Source: Gordius albopunctatus (lineage: Eukaryota). From it: a stretch of DNA of 64,000 nucleotides. Under the pieces are notes generated by a model. The model searched no databases, was not told the DNA's origin, and saw nothing but the letters and a program-made list of their open reading frames with translations. Of this stretch, positions 23,201 to 35,600 are shown one piece after another (position 1 is the first letter of the stretch; each line of letters starts with the position of its first letter). The position numbers and the translations under genes were made by a program. Location of the stretch: the NCBI GenBank assembly GCA_964276515.1, contig OZ193909.1, forward strand, positions 9,796,001 through 9,860,000, read 5' to 3'.

Positions 23201-26200
23201 GTCGAAAAAAATATTTATTTTCCTATTCTTTCGAAAGGGGGATGAAAAAATCTTTAAAATTAAGAAACTAAACTTTTCGTGTTGCGTTTAGATTGTTTCA
23301 AAATCGCTTTCTAAGCGTGTCTCTAGTTTTTGAGAAACAAACTCTATTTGATCGTGATTTAAAGTTAATAATTTTTGAGGACGATCAAAAATTTTTCACT
23401 AATTGACCTCTGATATCAAATCTTTCATGACGGCTATATTGTTGAACAAAAAAATTGAAAAAATTTTGATGTCGAAAAAAATATTTATTTTCATATTCTA
23501 TCGAAAGGGTGCTGAAAGAATCTTTAAAATTTAGAAACTAAACTTTTCGTGTTGCGTTTAGATTGTTTCAAAATAGCTTTCTAAGCGTGTCTCTAGTTTT
23601 TGCGAAACAAACTCTATGTGATCGTGATTTAAAGTTAATAATTTTTGAGGACTGATCAAAAAATTTTTTCACTAATTGACCTCTGATATCAAAAACTTTC
23701 ATGACGGCTATATTGTTGAACAAAAAAATTGAAAAATTTTTGAAGTCGAAAAAAATATTTATTTTCATATTCTATCAAAAGGGGGCTGAAAGAATCTTTA
23801 AAAGTTAGTAAATATTCTTAGCATCATGTCCTTGTTAGAATCCGTATGATAATTTTTGAACGGAGTGAGGTTTTAGATTGAGAGAAACTAAACTTTTCGT
23901 GTTGCGTTTAGATTGTTTCAAAATCGCTTTCTAAGCGTGTCTCTAGTTTTTGAGAAACAAACTCTATTTGATCGTGATTTAAAGTTAAAAACTTTTGAGG
24001 ACTGATCAAAAATTTTTCACTAATTGACCTCTGATATCAAATCTTTCATGACGGCTATATTGTTGAACAAAAAAATTGAAAAAATTTTGATGTCGAAAAA
24101 AATATTTATTTTCATATTCTATCGAAATGGTGCTGAAAGAATCTTTAAAATTTAGAAACTAAACTTTTCGTGTTGCGTTTAGATTGTTTCAAAATAGCTT
24201 TCTAAGCGTGTCTCTAGTTTTTGCGAAACAAACTCTATGTGATCGTGATTTAAAGTTAATAATTTTTGAGGACTGATCAAAAAAATTTTTCACTAATTGA
24301 CCTCTGATATCAAAAACTTTCATGACGGCTATATTGTTGAACAAAAAAATTGAAAAATTTTTGAAGTCGAAAAAAATATTTATTTTCATATTCTATCAAA
24401 AGGGGGCTGAAAGAATCTTTAAAAGTTAGTAAATATTCTTAGCATCATGTCCTTGTTAGAATCCGTATGATAATTTTTGCACGGGGTGAGGTTTTAGATT
24501 GAGAGAAACTAAACTTTTCGTGTTGCGTTTAGATTGTTTAAAAATCGCTTTCTAAGCGTGTCTCTAGTTTTTGAGAAACAAACTCTATTTGATCGTGATT
24601 TAAAGTTAATAATTTTTGAGGACGATCAAAAAATTTTCACTAATTGACCTCTGATATCAAAAACTTTCATGACGGCTATATTGTTGAACAAAAAAATTGA
24701 AAAAATTTTGATGTCGAAAAAAATATTTATTTTCCTATTCTTTCGAAAGGGGGATGAAAAAATCTTTAAAATTTAGAAACTAAACTTTTCGTGTTGCGTT
24801 TAGATTGTTTCAAAATCGCTTTCTAAGCGTGTCTCTAGTTTTTGAGAAATAAACTCTATGTGATCGTGATTTAAAGTTAATAATTTTTGAGGACTGATCA
24901 AAAAAAGTTTTCACTAATTGACCTCTGATATCATAAACTTTCATGACGGCTATATTGTTGAACAAAAAAATTGAAAAAATTTTGATGTCGAAAAAAATAT
25001 TTATTTTCATATTCTATCGAAAGGGTGCTGAAAGAATCTTTAAAATTTAGAAACTAAACTTTTCGTGTTGCGTTTAGATTGTTTCAAAATAGCTTTCTAA
25101 GCGTGTCTCTAGTTTTTGCGAAACAAACTCTATTTGATCGTGATTTAAAGTTAATAATTTTTGAGGACGATCAAAAATTTTTCACTAATTGACCTCTGAT
25201 ATCAAATCTTTCATGACGGCTATATTGTTGAACAAAAAAATTGAAAAAATTTTGATGTCGAAAAAAATATTTATTTTCCTATTCTTTCGAAAGGGTGATG
25301 AAAAAATCTTTAAAATTTAGAAACTAAACTTTTCGTGTTGCGTTTAGATTGTTTCAAAATCGCTTTCTAAGCGTGTCTCTAGTTTTTGTGAAACAAACTC
25401 TATTTGATCGTGATTTAAAGTTAATAATTTTTGAGGACTGATCAAAAAATTTTTCACTAATTGACCTCTGATATCAAAAACTTTCATGACGGCTATATTG
25501 TTGAACAAAAAAATTGAAAAAATTTTGATGTCGAAAAAAATATTTATTTTCCTATTCTTTCGAAAGGGGGATGAAAAAATCTTTAAAATTAAGAAACTAA
25601 ACTTTTCGGGTTGCGTTTTGATTGTTTCAAAATCGCTTTCTAAGCGTGTCTCTAGTTTTTGTGAAACAAACTCTATTTGATCGTGATTTAAAGTTAATAA
25701 TTTTTGAGGACTGATCAAAAAATTTTTCACTAATTGACCTCTGATATCAAAAACTTTCATGACGGCTATATTGTTGAACAAAAAAATTTCAAAAAATTTT
25801 GATGTCGAAAAAAATATTTATTTTCCTATTCTTTCGAAAGGGGGATGAAAAAATCTTTAAAAGTTAGAAACTAAACTTTTCGTGTTGCGTTTAGATTGTT
25901 TCAAAATCGCTTTCTACGCGTGTCTCTAGTTTTTGTGAAACAAACCCTATTTGATCGTGATATAAAGTTAATAATTTTTGAGGACTGATCAAAAAATTTT
26001 TCACTAATTGACCTCTGATATCAAAAACTTTCATGACGGCTATATTGTTGAACAAAAAAATTGAAAAATTTTTGAAGTCGAAAAAAATATTTATTTTCAT
26101 ATTCTATCAAAAGGGGGCTGAAAGAATCTTTAAAAGTTAGTAAATATTCTTAGCATCATGTCCTTGTTAGAATCCGTATGATAATTTTTGCACGGGGTGA

Positions 26201-29200
26201 GGTTTTAGATTGAGAGAAACTAAACTTTTCGTGTTGCGTTTAGATTGTTTCAAAATCGCTTTCTAAGCGTGTCTCTAGTTTTTGAGAAACAAACTCTATT
26301 TGATCGTGATTTAAAGTTAATAATTTTTGAGGACGATCAAAAAATTTTCACTAATTGACCTCTGATATCAAAAACTTTCATGACGGCTATATTGTTGAAC
26401 AAAAAAATTGAAATAATTTTGATGTCGAAAAAAATATTTATTTTCCTATTCTTTCGAAAGGGGGATGAAAAAATCTTTAAAATTTAGAAACTAAACTTTT
26501 CGTGTTGCGTTTAGATTGTTTCAAAATCGCTTTCTAAGCGTGTCTCTAGTTTTTGAGAAACAAACTCTATGTGATCGTGATTTAAAGTTAATAATTTTTG
26601 AGGACTGATCAAAAAAAGTTTTCACTAATTGACCTCTGATATCATAAACTTTCATGACGGCTATATTGTTGAACAAAAAAATTGAAAAAATTTTGATGTC
26701 GAAAAAAATATTTATTTTCATATTCTATCGAAAGGGTGCTGAAAGAATCTTTAAAATTTAGAAACTAAACTTTTCGTGTTGCGTTTAGATTGTTTCAAAA
26801 TAGCTTTCTAACCGTGTCTCTAGTTTTTGCGAAACAAACTCTATTTGATCGTGATTTAAAGTTAATAATTTTTGAGGACGATCAAAAATTTTTCACTAAT
26901 TGACCTCTGATATCAAATCTTTCATGACGGCTATATTGTTGAACAAAAAAATTGAAAAAATTTTGATGTCGAAAAAAATATTTATTTTCCTATTCTTTCG
27001 AAAGGGTGATGAAAAAATGTTTAAAATTTAGAAACTAAACTTTTCGTGTTGCGTTTAGATTGTTTCAAAATCGCTTTCTAAGCGTGTCTCTAGTTTTTGT
27101 GAAACAAACTCTATTTGATCGTGATTTAAAGTTAATAATTTTTGAGGACTGATCAAAAAATTTTTCACTAATTGACCTCTGATATCAAATCTTTCATGAC
27201 GGCTATATTGTTGAACTAAAAAATTGAAAAAATTTTGATGTCGAAAAAAATATTTATTTTCATATTCTATCAAAAGGGGGCTGAAAGAATCTTTAAAAGT
27301 TAGTAAATATTCTTAGCATCATGTCCTTGTTAGAATCCGTATGATAATTTTTGAACGGAGTGAGGTTTTAGATTGAGAGAAACTAAACTTTTCGTGTTGC
27401 GTTTAGATTGTTTCAAAATCGCTTTCTAAGCGTGTCTCTAGTTTTTGAGAAACAAACTCTATTTGATCGTGATTTAAAGTTAAAAACTTTTGAGGACTGA
27501 TCAAAAATTTTTTTCACTAATTGACCTCTGATATCATAAACTTTCATGACGGCTATATTGTTGAACAAAAAAATTGAAAAAATTTTGATGTCGAAAAAAA
27601 TATTTATTTTCATATTCTATCAAAAGGGGGCTGAAAGAATCTTTAAAAGTTAGTAAATATTCTTAGCATCATGTCCTTGTTAGAATCCGTATGATAATTT
27701 TTGCACGGGGTGAGGTTTTAGATTGAGAGAAACTAAACTTTTCGTGTTGCGTTTAGATTGTTTCAAAATCGCTTTCTAACCGTGTCTCTAGTTTTTGAGA
27801 AACAAACTCTATTTGATCGTGATTTAAAGTTAATAATTTTTGAGGACGATCAAAAATTTTTCACTAATTGACCTCTGATATCAAATCTTTCATGACGGCT
27901 ATATTGTTGAACAAAAAAATTGAAAAATTTTTGAAGTCGAAAAAAATATTTATTTTCATATTCTATCAAAAGGGGGCTGAAAGAATCTTTAAAAGTTAGT
28001 AAATATTCTTAGCATCATGTCCTTGTTAGAATCCGTATGATAATTTTTGCACGGGGTGAGGTTTTAGATTGAGAGAAACTAAACTTTTCGTGTTGCGTTT
28101 AGATTGTTTCAAAATCGCTTTCTAAGCGTGTCTCTAGTTTTTGAGAAACAAACTCTATTTGATCGTGATTTAAAGTTAATAATTTTTGAGGACGATCAAA
28201 AATTTTTCACTAATTGACCTCTGATATCAAATCTTTCATGACGGCTATATTGTTGAACAAAAAAATTGAAAAAATTTTGATGTCGAAAAAAATATTTATT
28301 TTCCTATTCTTTCGAAAGGGGGATGAAAAAATCTTTAAAATTTAGAAACTAAACTTTTCGTGTTGCGTTTAGATTGTTTCAAAATCGCTTTCTAAGCGTG
28401 TCTCTAGTTTTTGTGAAACAAACTCTATTTGATCGTGATTTAAAGTTAATAATTTTTGAGGACTGATCAAAAATTTTTTCACTAATTGACCTCTGATATC
28501 AAAAACTTTCATGACGGCTATATTGTTGAACAAAAAAATTGAAAAATTTTTGAAGTCGAAAAAAATATTTATTTTCATATTCTATCAAAAGGGGGCTGAA
28601 AGAATCTTTAAAAGTTAGTAAATATTCTTAGCATCATGTCCTTGTTAGAATCCGTATGATAATTTTTGAACGGAGTGAGGTTTTAGATTGAGAGAAACTA
28701 AACTTTTCGTGTTGCGTTTAGATTGTTTCAAAATCGCTTTCTAAGCGTGTCTCTAGTTTTTGAGAAACAAACTCTATTTGATCGTGATTTAAAGTTAAAA
28801 ACTTTTGAGGACTGATCAAAAATTTTTTTCACTAATTGACCTCTGATATCATAAACTTTCATGACGGCTATATTGTTGAACAAAAAAATTGAAAAAATTT
28901 TGATGTCGAAAAAAATATTTATTTTCATATTCTATCAAAAGGGGGCTGAAAGAATCTTTAAAAGTTAGTAAATATTCTTAGCATCATGTCCTTGTTAGAA
29001 TCCGTATGATAATTTTTTCACGGGGTGAGGTTTTAGATTGAGAGAAACTAAACTTTTCGTGTTGCGTTTAGATTGTTTCAAAATCGCTTTCTAACCGTGT
29101 CTCTAGTTTTTGAGAAACAAACTCTATTTGATCGTGATTTAAAGTTAATAATTTTTGAGGACGATCAAAAATTTTTCACTAATTGACCTCTGATATCAAA

Positions 29201-32200
29201 TCTTTCATGACGGCTATATTGTTGAACAAAAAAATTGAAAAATTTTTGAAGTCGAAAAAAATATTTATTTTCATATTCTATCAAAAGGGGGCTGAAAGAA
29301 TCTTTAAAAGTTAGTAAATATTCTTAGCATCATGTCCTTGTTAGAATCCGTATGATAATTTTTGAACGGAGTGAGGTTTTAGATTGAGAGAAACTAAACT
29401 TTTCGTGTTGCGTTTAGATTGTTTCAAAATAGCTTTCTAAGCGTGTCTCTAGTTTTTGCGAAACAAACTCTATGTGATCGTGATTTAAAGTTAATAATTT
29501 TTGAGGACTGATCAAAAAAATTTTTCACTAATTGACCTCTGATATCAAAAACTTTCATGACGGCTATATTGTTGAACAAAAAAATTGAAAAAATTTTGAT
29601 GTCGAAAAAAATATTTATTTTCCTATTCTTTCGAAAGGGGGATGAAAAAATCTTTAAAATTTAGAAACTAAACTTTTCGTGTTGCGTTTAGATTGTTTCA
29701 AAATCGCTTTCTAAGCGTGTCTCTAGTTTTTGTGAAACAAACTCTATTTGATCGTGATTTAAAGTTAATAATTTTTGAGGACTGATCAAAAAATTTTTCA
29801 CTAATTGACCTCTGATATCAAAAACTTTCATGACGGCTATATTGTTGAACAAAAAAATTGAAAAAATTTGGATGTCGAAAAAAATATTTATTTTCCTATT
29901 CTTTCGAAAGGGGGATGAAAAAATCTTTAAAATTAAGAAACTAAACTTTTCGGGTTGCGTTTAGATTGTTTCAAAATCGCTTTCTAAGCGTGTCTCTAGT
30001 TTTTGTGAAACAAACTCTATTTGATCGTGATTTAAAGTTAATAATTTTTGAGGACTGATCAAAAAATTTTTCACTAATTGACCTCTGATATCAAAAACTT
30101 TCATGACGGCTATATTGTTGAACAAAAAAATTTCAAAAAATTTTGATGTCGAAAAAAATATTTATTTTCCTATTCTTTCGAAAGGGGGATGAAAAAATCT
30201 TTAAAAGTTAGAAACTAAACTTTTCGTGTTGCGTTTAGATTGTTTCAAAATCGCTTTCTACGCGTGTCTCTAGTTTTTGTGAAACAAACTCTATTTGATC
30301 GTGATATAAAGTTAATAATTTTTGAGGACTGATCAAAAAATTTTTCACTAATTGACCTCTGATATCAAAAACTTTCATGACGGCTATATTGTTGAACAAA
30401 AAAATTGAAAAATTTTTGAAGTCGAAAAAAATATTTATTTTCATATTCTATCAAAAGGGGGCTGAAAGAATCTTTAAAAGTTAGTAAATATTCTTAGCAT
30501 CATGTCCTTGTTAGAATCCGTATGATAATTTTTGCACGGGGTGAGGTTTTAGATTGAGAGAAACTAAACTTTTCGTGTTGCGTTTAGATTGTTTCAAAAT
30601 CGCTTTCTAAGCGTGTCTCTAGTTTTTGAGAAACAAACTCTATTTGATCGTGATTTAAAGTTAATAATTTTTGAGGACGATCAAAAATTTTTCACTAATT
30701 GACCTCTGATATCAAATCTTTCATGACGGCTATATTGTTGAACAAAAAAATTGAAAAATTTTTGAAGTCGAAAAAAATATTTATTTTCATATTCTATCAA
30801 AAGGGGGCTGAAAGAATCTTTAAAAGTTAGTAAATATTCTTAGCATCATGTCCTTGTTAGAATCCGTATGATAATTTTTGAACGGAGTGAGGTTTTAGAT
30901 TGAGAGAAACTAAACTTTTCGTGTTGCGTTTAGATTGTTTCAAAATAGCTTTCTAAGCGTGTCTCTAGTTTTTGAGAAACAAACTCTATTTGATCGTGAT
31001 TTAAAGTTAATAATTTTTGAGGACGATCAAAAATTTTTCACTAATTGACCTCTGATATCAAATCTTTCATGACGGCTATATTGTTGAACAAAAAAATTTC
31101 AAAAAATTTTGATGTCGAAAAAAATATTTATTTTCCTATTCTTTCGAAAGGGGGATGAAAAAATCTTTAAAATTTAGAAACTAAACTTTTCGTGTTGCGT
31201 TTAGATTGTTTCAAAATCGCTTTCTAAGCGTGTCTCTAGTTTTTGAGAAACAAACTCTATTTGATCGTGATTTAAAGTTAATAATTTTTGAGGACGATCA
31301 AAAATTTTTCACTAATTGACCTCTGATATCAAAAACTTTCATGACGGCTATATTGTTGAACAAAAAAATTGAAAAAATTTTGATGTCGAAAAAAATATTT
31401 ATTTTCCTATTCTTTCGAAAGGGGGATGAAAAAATCTTTAAAATTTAGAAACTAAACTTTTCGTGTTGCGTTTAGATTGTTTCAAAATCGCTTTCTAAGC
31501 GTGTCTCTAGTTTTTGTGAAACAAACTCTATTTGATCGTGATTTAAAGTTAATAATTTTTGAGGACTGATCAAAAAATTTTTCACTAATTGACCTCTGAT
31601 ATCAAAAACTTTCATGACGGCTATATTGTTGAACAAAAAAATTGAAAAAATTTTGATGTCGAAAAAAATATTTATTTTCCTATTCTTTCGAAAGGGGGAT
31701 GAAAAAATCTTTAAAATTAAGAAACTAAACTTTTCGGGTTGCGTTTAGATTGTTTCAAAATCGCTTTCTAAGCGTGTCTCTAGTTTTTGTGAAACAAACT
31801 CTATTTGATCGTGATTTAAAGTTAATAATTTTTGAGGACTGATCAAAAAATTTTTCACTAATTGACCTCTGATATCAAAAACTTTCATGACGGCTATATT
31901 GTTGAACAAAAAAATTTCAAAAAATTTTGATGTCGAAAAAAATATTTATTTTCCTATTCTTTCGAAAGGGGGATGAAAAAATCTTTAAAAGTTAGAAACT
32001 AAACTTTTCGGGTTGCGTTTAGATTGTTTCAAAATCGCTTTCTAAGCGTGTCTCTAGTTTTTGTGAAACAAACTCTATTTGATCGTGATTTAAAGTTAAT
32101 AATTTTTGAGGACTGATCAAAAAATTTTTCACTAATTGACCTCTGATATCAAATCTTTCATGACGGCTATATTGTTGAACAAAAAAATTTCAAAAAATTT

Positions 32201-32699
32201 TGATGTCGAAAAAAATATTTATTTTCCTATTCTTTCGAAAGGGGGATGAAAAAATCTTTAAAATTTAGAAACTAAACTTTTCGTGTTGCGTTTAGATTGT
32301 TTCAAAATCGCTTTCTAAGCGTGTCTCTAGTTTTTGAGAAACAAACTCTATTTGATCGTGATTTAAAGTTAATAATTTTTGAGGACGATCAAAAATTTTT
32401 CACTAATTGACCTCTGATATCAAAAACTTTCATGACGGCTATATTGTTGAACAAAAAAATTGAAAAAATTTTGATGTCGAAAAAAATATTTATTTTCCTA
32501 TTCTTTCGAAAGGGGGATGAAAAAATCTTTAAAATTTAGAAACTAAACTTTTCGTGTTGCGTTTAGATTGTTTCAAAATCGCTTTCTAAGCGTGTCTCTA
32601 GTTTTTGTGAAACAAACTCTATTTGATCGTGATTTAAAGTTAATAATTTTTGAGGACTGATCAAAAAATTTTTCACTAATTGACCTCTGATATCAAAAA

Positions 32700-35600
32700 C
32701 TTTCATGACGGCTATATTGTTGAACAAAAAAATTAAAAAAATTTTGATGTCGAAAAAAATATTTATTTTCCTATTCTTTCGAAAGGGGGATGAAAAAATC
32801 TTTAAAATTAAGAAACTAAACTTTTCGGGTTGCGTTTAGATTGTTTCAAAATCGCTTTCTAAGCGTGTCTCTAGTTTTTGTGAAACAAACTCTATTTGAT
32901 CGTGATTTAAAGTTAATAATTTTTGAGGACTGATCAAAAAAATTTTCACTAATTGACCTCTGATATCAAAAACTTTCATGACGGCTATATTGTTGAACAA
33001 AAAAATTTCAAAAAATTTTGATGTCGAAAAAAATATTTATTTTCCTATTCTTTCGAAAGGGGGATGAAAAAATCTTTAAAAGTTAGAAACTAAACTTTTC
33101 GGGTTGCGTTTAGATTGTTTCAAAATCGCTTTCTAAGCGTGTCTCTAGTTTTTGTGAAACAAACTCTATTTGATCGTGATTTAAAGTTAATAATTTTTGA
33201 GGACTGATCAAAAAATTTTTCACTAATTGACCTCTGATATCAAAAACTTTCATGACGGCTATATTGTTGAACAAAAAAATTGAAAAATTTTTGAAGTCGA
33301 AAAAAATATTTATTTTCATATTCTATCAAAAGGGGGCTGAAAGAATCTTTAAAAGTTAGTAAATATTCTTAGCATCATGTCCTTGTTAGAATCCGTATGA
33401 TAATTTTTGCACGGGGTGAGGTTTTAGATTGAGAGAAACTAAACTTTTCGTGTTGCGTTTAGATTGTTTCAAAATCGCTTTCTACGCGTGTCTCTAGTTT
33501 TTGTGAAACAAACTCTATTTGATCGTGATATAAAGTTAATAATTTTTGAGGACTGATCAAAAAATTTTTCACTAATTGACCTCTGATATCAAATCTTTCA
33601 TGACGGCTATATTGTTGAACAAAAAAATTGAAAAAATTTTGATGTCGAAAAAAATATTTATTTTCCTATTCTTTCGAAAGGGTGATGAAAAAATCTTTAA
33701 AATTTAGAAACTAAACTTTTCGTGTTGCGTTTAGATTGTTTCAAAATCGCTTTCTAAGCGTGTCTCTAGTTTTTGTGAAACAAACTCTATTTGATCGTGA
33801 TTTAAAGTTAATAATTTTTGAGGACGATCAAAAATTTTTCACTAATTGACCTCTGATATCAAATCTTTCATCTATATTGTTGAACAAAAAAATTGAAAAA
33901 ATTTTGATGTCGAAAAAAATATTTATTTTCCTATTCTTTCGAAAGGGTGATGAAAAAATCTTTAAAATTTAGAAACTAAACTTTTCGTGTTGCGTTTAGA
34001 TTGTTTCAAAATCGCTTTCTAAGCGTGTCTCTAGTTTTTGTGAAACAAACTCTATTTGATCGTGATTTAAAGTTAATAATTTTTGAGGACTGATCAAAAA
34101 ATTTTTCACTAATTGACCTCTGATATCAAAAACTTTCATGACGGCTATATTGTTGAACAAAAAAATTGAAAAAATTTTGATGTCGAAAAAAATATTTATT
34201 TTCCTATTCTTTCGAAAGGGGGATGAAAAAATCTTTAAAATTAAGAAACTAAACTTTTCGGGTTGCGTTTAGATTGTTTCAAAATCGCTTTCTAAGCGTG
34301 TCTCTAGTTTTTGTGAAACAAACTCTATTTGATCGTGATTTAAAGTTAATAATTTTTGAGGACTGATCAAAAAATTTTTCACTAATTGACCTCTGATATC
34401 AAAAACTTTCATGACGGCTATATTGTTGAACAAAAAAATTTCAAAAAATTTTGATGTCGAAAAAAATATTTATTTTCCTATTCTTTCGAAAGGGGGATGA
34501 AAAAATCTTTAAAATTTAGAAACTAAACTTTTCGTGTTGCGTTTAGATTGTTTCAAAATCGCTTTCTAACCGTGTCTCTAGTTTTTGAGAAACAAACTCT
34601 ATTTGATCGTGATTTAAAGTTAATAATTTTTGAGGACGATCAAAAATTTTTCACTAATTGACCTCTGATATCAAATCTTTCATGACGGCTATATTGTTGA
34701 ACAAAAAAATTGAAAAATTTTTGAAGTCGAAAAAAATATTTATTTTCATATTCTATCAAAAGGGGGCTAAAAGAATCTTTAAAAGTTAATAAATATTCTT
34801 AGCATCATGTCCTTGTTAGAATCCGTATGATAATTTTTGAACGGAGTGAGGTTTTAGATTGAGAGAAACTAAACTTTTCGTGTTGCGTTTAGATTGTTTC
34901 AAAATAGCTTTCTAAGCGTGTCTCTAGTTTTTGAGAAACAAACTCTATTTGATCGTGATTTAAAGTTAATAATTTTTGAGGACGATCAAAAATTTTTCAC
35001 TAATTGACCTCTGATATCAAATCTTTCATGACGGCTATATTGTTGAACAAAAAAATTTCAAAAAATTTTGATGTCGAAAAAAATATTTATTTTCCTATTC
35101 TTTCGAAAGGGGGATGAAAAAATCTTTAAAATTTAGAAACTAAACTTTTCGTGTTGCGTTTAGATTGTTTCAAAATCGCTTTCTAAGCGTGTCTCTAGTT
35201 TTTGTGAAACAAACTCTATTTGATCGTGATTTAAAGTTAATAATTTTTGAGGACTGATCAAAAATTTTTTCACTAATTGACCTCTGATATCAAAAACTTT
35301 CATGACGGCTATATTGTTGAACAAAAAAATTGAAAAATTTTTGAAGTCGAAAAAAATATTTATTTTCATATTCTATCAAAAGGGGGCTGAAAGAATCTTT
35401 AAAAGTTAGTAAATATTCTTAGCATCATGTCCTTGTTAGAATCCGTATGATAATTTTTGAACGGAGTGAGGTTTTAGATTGAGAGAAACTAAACTTTTCG
35501 TGTTGCGTTTAGATTGTTTCAAAATCGCTTTCTAAGCGTGTCTCTAGTTTTTGAGAAACAAACTCTATTTGATCGTGATTTAAAGTTAAAAACTTTTGAG

